Below are positions 13,001-25,958 of a DNA stretch of 64,000 nucleotides, piece after piece. The stretch is from Octopus bimaculoides (lineage: Eukaryota). Each line of letters opens with the position of its first letter. Position 1 is the first letter of the stretch. A model generated the notes under the pieces. That model was not told where the DNA came from. It saw nothing but the letters and a program-made list of their open reading frames with translations, and ran no database searches. The position numbers and the translations under genes were made by a program. The stretch lies in contig NC_068999.1 in NCBI RefSeq assembly GCF_001194135.2, positions 54,245,345 to 54,309,344 on the forward strand. Direction: 5' to 3'.

Positions 13001-15918
13001 TTCATTCTTTTTGACTATCATCCTTCTATCAATATCATGTGTGAAATAGAAACCAATTGTGATTTTGTCAAGTGAGGTAAAGTGAGGAAGGCAGGAAATT
13101 TGAATTTGAGTCTGTTTGATGAATGCACAGCCACCACCACCATGTTAGCCTCACATTATGTTTACAATTAAAGTACAGAATTAATCACATTTTCAAAAGG
13201 AAAAAAAATGAAGAAATGCTACATACTTGGCAGATCTTATAACAACAGTATGGTCTGTGGAATGCAATATTTTAGACAAATGGTCAGCCACACTGTCTTC
13301 ATAGATGCCAATACCTTCAAACTGAAGAAAAGGGACAAAAAAATAAAGTAATCAGTCAATCAATCAATCAATAAGACAGAAAGGAAGAAAGAATGAAAAA
13401 AGGAAGGAAAGAAAGAACAAAAGAATTAAAACGAAATGGAAAAAAAGAAAGCAAGCAATGAATGATAGGTAGAAAAAGAAAGATATGGAAGCAAAGAGAG
13501 GGAAAAAGAATTATAGTGTTATATGATATAGGATAAACTCTGCAGATATTTCACAATGATGGAGATTATGACTTGATTCTAGCCCTATACTATGGTTCTA
13601 TCCCTAATTTTTATACTTTGAAATTACAAAGTGATAACATTTTGAAATATTCTTTGTAAACTGAAATTGGGGAGAGAGAGAAAAAAAATTGGAAGTAAAA
13701 TCCAAATTCAAAATACACATATGCAAATTTGATTGTAGAAGTTGTACTCTAATTTCTCTCTTTTTGAATCCATCGTGACTAGTGGATGTACAGATTGTTT
13801 TCAAGTGTTAGAGTGTTATCTGTTGCATGAGTCAGCAGAACCAGTAACCAAAAATACTGACATCAATAACCTCGTTAGTCTCAAACTGTGTTGGAATGCA
13901 TAACAAGAGAGATAAGAGTAGTGAGACTAACTGTTGCACTCTAATTTCATTCAGCCTCTAGCTTTATTCTACAAAATCTAGAAGTTTACAAATTGTCATG
14001 ATGAAGTTGTAAAGAGAGGGACAATGGTACAGCTGTAGCAATTAAATCCACATTATTATATAATTAACATGCTTTGTAAGGTTTGGAGTTATTGATGTCT
14101 TAAACAACAAGCTAACTAGCGTAGATGAAATACTGAAGCCCTTTACTTGAAAACAAGTCAGGGCTGGTAGCAAGAGGAGCATCATGAATAAAAATCTTGC
14201 TTCAATTACTACCTATCTATGCCACCCTAGCAAGGAAAAATAGGCATTAAACGAAACATGTATGTGTGAGTGTGTATGTAAATATACCTTTTATTTGTGG
14301 GTTAACAAAGCTACCAATGGTTTCATGTAGAGAGAAATCCCTCAACAATTATCAAGCCTACCACATGGTAATGTTAGTGCTCATCTCCATTTTGGATGAA
14401 ATTACATGAAGCTACATGAGACTGTACAGAATTTTGGGATAAATAAATAACGTTATTTGCATATCTATTTATCCCCAAATCCCATACAGTCCTGTGTAGC
14501 TTCATGTAATTTCATCCATGATGGAAACAAGTATCAACATTTCTATGTAGCAGGTTCGGTAATTGTTAAGAGATTTTTCTCTACATGAAACCACTGGTAG
14601 CCTTGTTAAGCCAAAAATAAAGACTATTTATCCACCAATGAAGTGTTGAGAACTCACCCTCACTGTTTGATATTAGCATATATGTATATACATATATATA
14701 CATATATATATATATATGTTGTGATTTCAATTCCTAGACACTTCTCACATTGCTCTGTGATCACTCCAACACCTAATGCATGCCACACTGTGCACCTATT
14801 CAGGCAACATCGATTTGATGGAGGGACTGAGCTAAAGCGCAGCACAAACATTCGATCACTATAGACAAATTATTTGTGCAGGTCGTTCACCAAAAGCTGA
14901 ACGCTCATACGCTGTATCCAACAGGAGAGTCCATCATATAAGTTTATACACATATACATATAGATCGTTTTTAATGTTGAACATTGTTTTGTAATCGTTT
15001 ATTGTGGATAAATAATAATAAACAGGGAAATAAAAGAAAATAGTGTGAAAGAATGAATAAATAAATTGATGAATGAATGGAAAGAATGAAAGGAGCTAAG
15101 CTACTATAGCAACCTGTTGAGACAATTTTCTGGGTGTAGGCATGGTACCTTCATATGTCAGTATACTCCATCTGAGGGAGGAAGAATTTTTGTCAGTTTA
15201 TATTCAATTTCAATTTCAATGCAAACAGAGAAATAAAAACAAAAATATACATTATCATTATTATTATTGTTGTTATTGTTAATATAGGGAAAACAAAGTG
15301 GAAGGGAAAAATCCTTATTCATAGTGGTAACATTGTTAATGAAGGTAGATGAGCCTCTTAGCGATTATGATAGAGGGTCTATGAAGGCAATAGGTCATTA
15401 AGGGTAGATAGGGTAGATGAAGGCATGATAGCTTTATGTACTTTTTTTTTTTGGTAGGTTTGCATTAGGATTGTTGATGAAATTATTACAAATAAAACCA
15501 GTAATTAAGATTTTTTTTCTAACAGTGAAGTTGATTCATGCTCAATACATACCGATCCAGCATCTTGATCTGAGAATGTTCCAACTTCTCCAACAAAGCA
15601 TGTAGCTGAGTATCATCATCAAAGGCTGAACCCCACCCTAATACTCTTGCTAAATCATTTCCAGTACCAAATGGCAACACTCCAATTTGACACTGAAACA
15701 CGGGAGATGAGTTTGGGGAAGGAGGGAGAAAAAAAAAAGAAAAGTAAAAAGAAAGAAATTTGAAAAACAAATTACAAAAATAACAAATAAAAACAGTTAA
15801 AAATAAACAAATATATAAATGAAAAACAAAGGAAGAAAACAGTCAGTTTTAACATTTGGTGCAGCTCAGACAAATCTGTTTGGCTTCACCCCAAACTTTC
15901 TTTTGCTGTTTCTCTCTC

Positions 15919-15952
<34 letters not shown>

Positions 15953-18900
15953 TCACTCACCAATATCAACCCTTTGAAACAAGTCTATTGTCCTTGGGTT
16001 CAAGCCAGCTTTAAATAAACAATAATTCAGATTAAACAGTAACCTCACAAGATGTACCCACTTCTACCAATTCCAGACCCAACAGTTTAGGAGGATCTGA
16101 GAGTTTATGAAAGGGCTGCAAGACACCCCTTCCCCCCACCCATCTACACACACTACACTACATCTCATTCCATTCACCGCCATGTAAAAACACATGTATA
16201 ATAGATGCTTCTTAAATGTCTTTGTCCATAGCTGTTCCCATAACTCCAAAAGTTAATGGTGCAGAGTTCTGGGACACTGAGAGACTGGCCAACATGTTTT
16301 AATTAATAATGGTTTTAAATTTTGGTACAAGGCCAGCAATTTCGAGGGAGGGTAATAACCAATTACATCAATCCCAGTACTCAACTAGTACTTATTTTAT
16401 CGACCCTGAGAGGATGAAAGGCAAAGTCAACCTTGGCGGAATTTGAACTCAGGACATAGCAACAAACAAAATGCTGTTAAACATTCTAAATAACTTGAGA
16501 TACTCATTCTGCTTTGGTTTTGTTACCTTTTTTCTTCTCATATATATATATGTGTGTGTGTGTGTCTTTGTGTCTGTGCTTGTCCCTCACCATCGCTTGA
16601 CAACCGTTGTTGGTGTGTTTATATCCCCCATAACTTAGTGGTTCAGCAAAAGTGACCGATAGAATAAGTACTAGGCTTACAAAGAATAAGTCCTGGGCTC
16701 AATTTCATTGACTAAAAAAAACCCTTTAAGGCGGTGCTCCAGCATGGCCACAGTCAAATGACTGAAACAAGTAAAAGAATAAAAGAATATGATGAGGGTC
16801 CCCCGTGTCTCAAAGTCTCCAACTTCCACACATAAACACACACACATATATATACAGAAATAAACATACCTGCTTGTGTATGTCTAACTTATCTATTTCT
16901 GTTAACACCCAACCAATGCTTCCATCTCCTCCACACACTAAAATTCGAAACTGGTTAAATTTCTGAAACAACCTTAAACTGCAAAGAAAAGAAGAAAAAT
17001 AAAGAACAACTGAAATAATTTTTAAAAGACAATATAATTTTCTGAAAAAAAATATTACCAAACAATGAAAATATTACAAAACAAAATTCAGACTTGAAAT
17101 TCAAACTCACTCTATTTTTTTTTTTCAACTAGTAACATGAAAACATATTGGTGAATATGTAAAATGTTTAACTTAATAATGCTAGTGAGAGTAATATAAA
17201 ATGTAAACATTAATTTCACTGGCAGAATAATGTGGGAAGACAAAAGGAAAGAAAATCTGTTGAAAAACAAAACCAATAACATTTATGGGGTGTAAATACA
17301 ATGAACAATTGCCTCTATGGCTTTGTACTGGAGATGATCTCCAAGTTGATGTGCCTGGCTAAACAAAGATTGGTGGAAAACAGTGTGAATGGCTTCTAGT
17401 TATATGTGGTGAAGCTATTGCTTCTATTCAAACCTTAACAAGTGATGAGGGTAATTTATTTACCAGGCGAATTCAATACAGCCATAGTGTATATTATAAA
17501 CTGGAGCTGAAAGAAGGAAAAATTTACATTTTGTTTATGGAAGGGACCATGTATCAATTGTAACTAGATACTAGACAAAAATTTTCTGATATATTCACAG
17601 GATTGAGGTAAAAGAAAATGTAATGGTTTTCAAATTAGCATTGCTTCCCATCTCTTCAGAAGTTAAGTAACCATGATCAAAGGTAGGTATGACTTTTGAT
17701 AGTCATATCGAGAGCTTCTCACTGTCAGAAATATTTCTAAATTGTTTGAGCTTTTATCTACCACTATTATTGTGGATTCTCCTTCTCAGAGCTGAAACAA
17801 AACATCAAGAGATAAATCACTGCTTCAAATTCTGGCACAAAGCAAGCAATTTGGTGGGGAGGAGTAGTCCAGTTACATCAACCCCAGTACTTGACTGGTA
17901 CTTTATTTATCAACCCCGAAAGGATGAAAGGCAATATCTTCACCAGTGGAATTTGCACTCAGAAAGTAATGAGTTGGAAGTCATGCCACGAAGCATTTTT
18001 TGCAATGCACTAACAATTCTTCCAGCTCACCAAGAAACCAACATGAAAAGGTTCTACCATAAGACAATTCAATAATATAAGCAGATGTTGTGATGATAGA
18101 TGAAATAACTTACCCTGGGTATGGACCTCCATTCATAAGATCAAAGACCTGTGCAGGATTTAACAACTGCTTAAATCGCCGTAAAAACTTAACACCCTAA
18201 AATTTGAAAAAGAAATTACATTTCAGGACTTCCATTGAGATATAGATAACATATGTAACAAATGTGTCTCACACACTGAGGCACACACATACATATATGT
18301 GTGCGTGTATGTATGTATATGTATATATATATATATGCTGAAACCCCCTCCGGTCATGACTGACCATGGGATTGCACCTAGAAAGTTACCCTCCCAGGTA
18401 CAAGTCCAGGCAAGGTCGTTTATGGAAGACCAGCAGTCGCCCATGCATACCGGCCTCCCCTCTCCCTGCCACCAGTGTTATTCCATGGGATAGGCAAAGC
18501 TTGATACAGTTTGGCACCAGTGACGTCACAACTCATTTCTACAGCTGAGTGAACTGGAGCAACTTGAAAGAAAGTGTCTTGCTCAAGAACACAACACGCA
18601 GCCTGGTCCGGGATTCGGACTCACAACCTCATGATCGTAAGTTCAACACTGTAACTACTGATCCATGCGCCTTCACATATATATATATATATATACAAAG
18701 GTCTGATCAACAAGTATCCAGACTGTTGCCATAGTAATGAAGCTAAAGCATGCAGAGTGAAGCTGCTTGGCAAAGACTGACCATGAACTCTGCTATGAAT
18801 GCGCACTAAGTGTTAACGTTCTAGCTCACTTCCGCTGTTTACAGCAGTGCTTGGAAGGAAGGTGTGTAGTGTATGAGAATTGCATTGACCATGACAGAGA

Positions 18901-20961
18901 AAGCTGTCACGGTGATACCTGCTCCAAGGCCTACGCAAAGTTGCAGAAAGTGTATGGTTCAGGCATTTCCAAGATGACCAAAAAAACGTTGATATTGATG
19001 AACATTCTGGGAGACCCGCAACCAGCAGAACTGAGAAAAACATGACAGATGTGCATGCAGCTGTGAGGGGAAACCGTCGAATCACCATCTGCAAGTTATC
19101 AGAGAATGTGCAGATTAGTTACAGTTCAGTTCCGTCCATTGTCACTGAAGATTTGGGTATGAGACGCATGTTGCCAAGTTTGTGCCAAAACTGCTTTTGG
19201 CTGATCAAAAAGACATTCAAGTTTCAGTCACACAAGATCTCCTTGATTGAGTCAAGAATGATAAAAACTTTTTGAAAACTTTGCATAGGCCTCTGAGCAA
19301 GTATCACCAAGCTTTTGACAAAATCTGATGCAGATTCTCTGCTCAATTTTTTCTGTCATGGTCAATGTGACAATCACATGCTACAGACCTTCCTTCCAAG
19401 CACTGCTGTAAACAGCGGAAGTGAGCTAGAACATTAAAACTTAGTGCACATGCTCAGCAGAGTTCAAGGTCAAGCTGTGCCAAGTGGCTTTACTCTGCAT
19501 ACTTTAGCTTCGTTACTATGGCAACAGTCCGGATATTTATTCATCAGACCATGTATATATGAGACAGGTATCTCTGTTTCTGTTTACCAAATCCACTCAC
19601 AAAGCTTTGGTTGGCTTGGGGCTATAGTAGAAAACACTTGCATGAGATGTTGTGCAGTGGAGACTCAACACAAGATCACATGGTCAGGAAGCAAGTTTCT
19701 TAACCACACAGCCATGCCTGCACCTAATTACATAATTAAATATAGTAACAAAGAAATATGCTAATTCATTGATTTGAATTTTAATTAATTAATTCAGGTT
19801 ACAAATCTCTGATCAATAGGACAATATGGAGAAAACACAAAAACAAGGTTTACAAATAATTTTCCAATACAATTTGCTGTACCCACCAGCAACAAGTTAC
19901 ATGGCCTAGTGGTTATAGTGTTTGGCATACAATCATAGGGTTGTGGGTTCAATTCCTGGCCCAGGCAACAGACTAAGTCCTTGCTTCAGTTTAGTCAACT
20001 CAAATGAGTCCAAATCAAGTGATGGTACAACCCTTTTCCCGTTTTTATTTCTAGCCATCACATCCTGGACATTCTGTAGCAAAAGCATGGTGCATACAAC
20101 CAAATTACAGAAATGACTTGTGAATGATGGTACGGAGGCGGAGGTATCGTTTTCGGTTGTGTTTGTTTGTTGGTTTATCCATGGACAAGATATCTCAAGA
20201 ACTGCTGGATGGATTCTGATGAAACTTTCAGGGATGTTTGGCCTCGTGACTAGCATGAACTGATTAGATTTTTAGATCAATCCGGTACCAGACAAAGATT
20301 CTGGATTATTTTTCCAGTTTTTTACTTAATTTTTGAGAGCAGTTGGATTCAGTTTTAATATTCTCATTTGTGAGAGCAGTCGAGTTTATTCCAGATATTC
20401 GCATTTAAAAAATCCTCTCTGGCTAATTGTTGAGAGGACGTTGGTGTTGCCTTGGCAGAGGTTTGCACTGAGTGCTCTTGTTATTATGGCAACAAGCTGG
20501 GAGAATTGTTAGCATGCCAGACAAAATGCTTAGTGGTATTTCACCTATCGCTACATTCGGAGTTTAAATTCTGCCAAGGTCAACTTTACCTTTCATCCTT
20601 TCATCATCATCATCGTTTAACGTCCGCTTTCCATGCTAGCATGGGTTGGACGATTTGACTGAGGACTGGTGAAACCGGATGGCAACACCAGGCTCCAGTC
20701 TGATTTGGCAGAGTTTCTACAGCTGGATGCCCTTCCTAACGCCAACCACTCAGAGAGTGTAGTGGGTGCTTTTACGTGTCACCCGCACGAAAACGGCCAC
20801 GCTCGAAATGGTGTCTTTTATGTGCCACCCGCACAAGCCAGTCCAGGGGCACTGGCAACGATCTCGCTCGAAAATCCTACAGGAGCCAGTCAGGCGGTAC
20901 TTCAGAGTCAATAAAATAAGTACCAGTTGAACACTGGGGTCGATGTAATCAACTCATCCCC

Positions 20962-21015
<54 letters not shown>

Positions 21016-23728
21016 CTATTTATTTATTTATTTATGCATTTATTTAATCTTTCTCCAGAGAAAAAAAAAAAATTAATTAAACTCACCTGGTTGTCTCCAC
21101 TTTTGGAATTAACAAATACTAACAAAGGACTGGTGCCTGCAGGCCTAGTTGCCTCCCAGAACCCATCAGAGTCCATACTGTTGATGGCAATTGGTGGTAG
21201 AATAGATACTCGACACTGGCCAAAAGGACACTTTGCTGGCATCTTTTCTCGACAACCGATGTGAACCTGAAGGATAATTAAAACAATTAACAACTGTAGA
21301 ACAAAAAGTAAGGTAAATGATCAAGCAAGAGAGATAGAGATGTTGAAAACAGAAGAATGATTCTTTTAGATATTTTTTTTACTGGTTTCAGTCATTAAAT
21401 CCACGCTGGGGCATTACCCTCTAGAGTAGTGTCAATGATATCAGCTCAAATACTTATGTTTATCAAACAATAATTATATTACCAAACCTAGCTTCAGCGA
21501 GATTTGATCTCAAAACATAAAGAGACTTAAGTGCAACAAATCATGTTGTCCAGTGTTCTACTGATTCTCCTATCTGCCACAATTCTACTACTACTAATAA
21601 TAATTTCTTTCTTTGCCACAAGGGTCACACAGGTACAAAACATTTCAAGGCTACCTTCAGCAATTTAGCTTATTACATCAACCTCCCCAAAACTTATTTT
21701 ACTGATCTGAAAAGGATGAGTAGTAAAGCGGATGTAGGGAGGAATTGAAATTAGAATTATAAAGGAGAATAACCAAGGAGCAGGAAATGCAGTTAAGAAG
21801 TTCATTTTGCAACAAAGTGGCTTTAAGTTCAGTCCCACTGCACTGCACCTATAGTCCTGAGCTGACTAATGCCTAGTGGTGAAATTTATAGGCTGAAACT
21901 GCAGGAAGCCTGTCACACATGTACATGCATGTGTGTGTGTGTGGGGGGGGGGGGGAGAATAAACACTGATATCCCACATTGTCAATGCTTGGACAGACGA
22001 GTGGTTTATGTTGACATTATGACCAGTTGCTCAGCACTTTCAAAAACCTCTAGTGAAAAAAACAACAACTTAAAAACAGGTAAGGTTACCAACAAGAAGA
22101 GCATCCAACCCTAAAATCTTGCACCACAAATAACTCCCAGGTGCAGGCATTGTTGTGGTTAGGAAGCTTGCTTTTCAATCACATGGTTTTGGGTTCAGTC
22201 CCACTGTGTGGCACCTTGGACAAGTGTCTTCTGCTATAACCTCTGATTGAATTTAGTAGGTGGAAGTCCCCATCATGTGTATACAAGTGTGTGAAAGTTC
22301 TTGTATCTCCTATAACAAGTAGGAGAGGGAAATCCATGCCAGCATGTAAAAACAGACATTAAATAAATTTTATCTAATGTTACTCTACTGGTTTCTGCCA
22401 TCAGTCTACCAAAGACTAAACGAATGTTCTGCTTACCATTGCTCGACACCAGATGCACCGCCAATCTTGTAGACGTAAAACGCTGCCACAGGTTTTTTCA
22501 CAGACATTACACTTGGCACTGACAGGCAGGTTCCCTTCCAGCCATTGATGTGGCATGTGTATCTGCAGAACAGACATGAGAACTTTAAAAAAAAAAACAA
22601 TAAATTCATCTCAAAAATAAAAACTTTTGCAATACCACAAAATATACAAAAATAGATGAGGGAACAGGGAATGCTTTACATAGTCACTTGACCTTCTAGA
22701 AATGTGTATCTGCAGAACAGAAATGAGAACTTTCAAAATAAACTACAAATACATCTCATAAATTAAAACTTTGCAATGCCACAAATTAAACAAAATTAGA
22801 TGAGGAACAGGAGATGCTTTACATCAGTGGTTCTCAACTGGGGTCCATACGGTCCTTGGGGGAGGGGAGAGTCATCCTCATCACCGTTGTCATTTGACGT
22901 CCACCTTCTATGCTGGCATGGGTTGGACAGTTTGACAGGAGCTGGCCAGGCAGGAGCCTGCACCAGACTTCTGAGTCTGTTTTGGCAGGGTTTTTATGGC
23001 TGGGTGCCCTTCCTAACCCCCAACCACCCAGCAAAGAATGTGGTTAAGATTTATGTGCAATAAATTGCTTATACTTCGAAAATACATTTTCTTATTATAC
23101 AATTCCTAAAAATATTTAATTATAAGAATACAGTAGGATGTTCTTTTATATATACCAAATGGCTATGAAGATCCAGTAGAGTAAACTAGGAACCGAAGGT
23201 CTCCATAGGCAAAAAATGGTTGAGAACCACTGCTTTACATGGTCATTTGACCTGCTAGAAATAGCAGCTAAAAGTATCTCAAATCACACCCTGCCATCTT
23301 AAAAAAAAAACAAAATGGTTAATGAAGTCCTATATACGCCAGGTTTGAATAAATGACATGATAGTCGTAGAAGGAACACCTTTAATCACAGGTCTGCTAG
23401 ATCAGGGCTGGTCTAAAGATAAGCAACACAGAATGGCAAAGATGATGTAGTCTTAAGTACACCGTGTCTAAGTAAAAGATTGGAACACCTTTGAGTATAG
23501 GTCTGCTCAATCATGATTGGCCTGGGATTAAACAACAACAACAGCCTGAGAAAAAGTCTGCTTTTTATCTTAACCAATTTATTCATGATTCTGAGGAACA
23601 CCTACAACAGTGTTGTCGTTCTTCAAGCTGTTGTTGGGTCGCCCCTTTAAGGCCAACTGGAACAATTCTATGGTATACAGGTGAACAGTATTGTAATACA
23701 GTAACCAACATTTCTATTACTTTTATTC

Positions 23729-23806
<78 letters not shown>

Positions 23807-23898
23807 NNNNNNNNNNNNNNNNNNNNNNNNNNNNNNNNNNNNNNNNNNNNNNNNNNNNNNNNNNNNNNNNNNNNNNNNNNNNNNNNNNNNNNNNNNNN

Positions 23899-23964
<66 letters not shown>

Positions 23965-24208
23965 ATGTATGACAGTAAGGCAGGCAGACATATAAACAGA
24001 AGTGTGTGAGAGAGAGAGAGAGAGAGAGAGTGAAGGTATAAGATAAAGAGAGACATTGTGTGAATGGATAAGAGAGAGTGAGTATTTGAGTGAGACAGAA
24101 AGAGAGTGTGTATGAATATAAGAGAGACAATGTATGAATGAGAGAGAATATAAGTGTGAGAGAGAATGTGTGTATGAGAGAGAAAGTATAAGAGTGAGAC
24201 AGAGTAAG

Positions 24209-24249
<41 letters not shown>

Positions 24250-25793
24250 GAGGGAGGGAGAGAGAGAGAAAGGGAGGGAGAGAGAGAGAAAGGGAGGGAG
24301 AGAATCAGACAGAAAGAAAGACAGCATGTGAAAGAGTGAGCATAAGTGGAAGATAGAAATGTAGAGTATATAAATGGTTTGTAAGAGAGAAAGATATATA
24401 ACGTGAAAGTTTGAGATAAAGAGTTAGTGCATGTGACAGAGTGGTGCATGGCCTAGTGGTTAGGATGTTGCACTCATGATCGCAAGATCATGGTGTCAAT
24501 TCACAAACTGGGCAGCACATTGCACTCTTGAGCTAAACACGTCATTTCATGTTGCTCCAGTACACTCAGCTATAAATGAGTTCCAACAATAGCTGGAAGG
24601 TCAACACTAAGATAGACCAAGGTTTTTTTCAAGGGAAACTGCTGTAGTAGTCTCAACCACTTATACACTATGAAAACCAGTTTAACTTCCAGCTCTATGA
24701 GTCCAATAGCTTATAGCAGACCTATGGATAAATGTACATGTGCATACATATGAATTACATTTAGTTTTCTAAGCTCCAATTTAAGTTGGATTTTTTTTTT
24801 TGTTGTAATTTTTTTTTTTTAAATGTCCTTTTTTTTCTTTCTGACACTTACCCCATCTTCATCTTCAATGATTTCCTTGCCCACAGATGCTAAACTCGTC
24901 CATTTACAATTAGAAGAGGCCTTCACAGCACATTTCTTATGCGCCTTGAATTTACACACTGACAAAATAACAACAGATGCAACACAGTAAATTGAAATAG
25001 ATTTCAAAACAATCAAACACAGCTAATTACAACATGGAAGAGCTATTTCAGTCATTTAAAAATACACAAGAATTCTACTCTGTCAAATGTAATGCTTATT
25101 TACTCACATTGTTTTTGGATTAATCATGCATAATCTCACAGCTTCAAGATTTTTATGATGATTGCTTCATATGCACACATACATATGCATAGACACATAC
25201 ATGTGCATGCCTCTGTGCACACATACATGCATATATATAGAGATTCAGCACTCACACACAAATTGAATCTAGTTAGTTAATAATGCAAGATGGAAAAATT
25301 TGTCCAAGGATAAGAAATATCTATGAGTCAAGATTTGAAACAAAAGAAAAGAAAAAAACACACACACACACACCCCACACCCCAAAAAAAGAATTACAGT
25401 CACATTTTTATAAAAACGTATGTCAGTCAACATTTGATTAAAATTGAAAGGAAAAGAAGCAGTCGATGAACATTGAAGAAAGGGTAAGACATACCTTCAC
25501 AGGACAAACCATGAGATGTAACGCCTGACAAAGCATCATGGCATACGTTGCAATAGGTTGGTCGTGCATGAGAGCATGCATACCAGTTGTGCTGCCCAGA
25601 CATCCTCTCTCGATGGTCAGTATTAGCCTGAAATAACCAAAAAGTTTTGGCTATTTTTAGAATGTATGAATATTGCAATACTAAAAGAAAAAGAAACAAT
25701 AGTAAAAAAAACCCTTCACATTATCTCAGTAAAGTAACTTTGCACTGTTATAGGTTCCTCACTTTATGCATATATGTGTGAGAGTGAGAGAGC

Positions 25794-25827
<34 letters not shown>

Positions 25828-25915
25828 ATCAGCTAGATAGAAAGACTGTCTGTGTGTCTGTGTGTACACAGATACAAACACAAATGTATGTATTGTATGT
25901 GAGTGCATGTACATT

Positions 25916-25958
<43 letters not shown>

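Noticed and set aside
17300-17760. Faint resemblance to a CR1/L2 reverse transcriptase on the plus strand ([18 protein letters not shown])
   Set aside because: Too degraded to support by eye; no recognisable YADD-type motif.
19900-19975. tRNA-like sequences (also about 24445-24510 and other SINE heads)
   Set aside because: They are degenerate SINE 5' heads continuing into SINE cores, without an intact cloverleaf; no true tRNA gene is called.
23583-24449. Longest ORFs of the track (288, 253, 236, 227 and 219 aa)
   Set aside because: They are products of (GA)n, (CA)n or (TA)n microsatellites and N-gaps.
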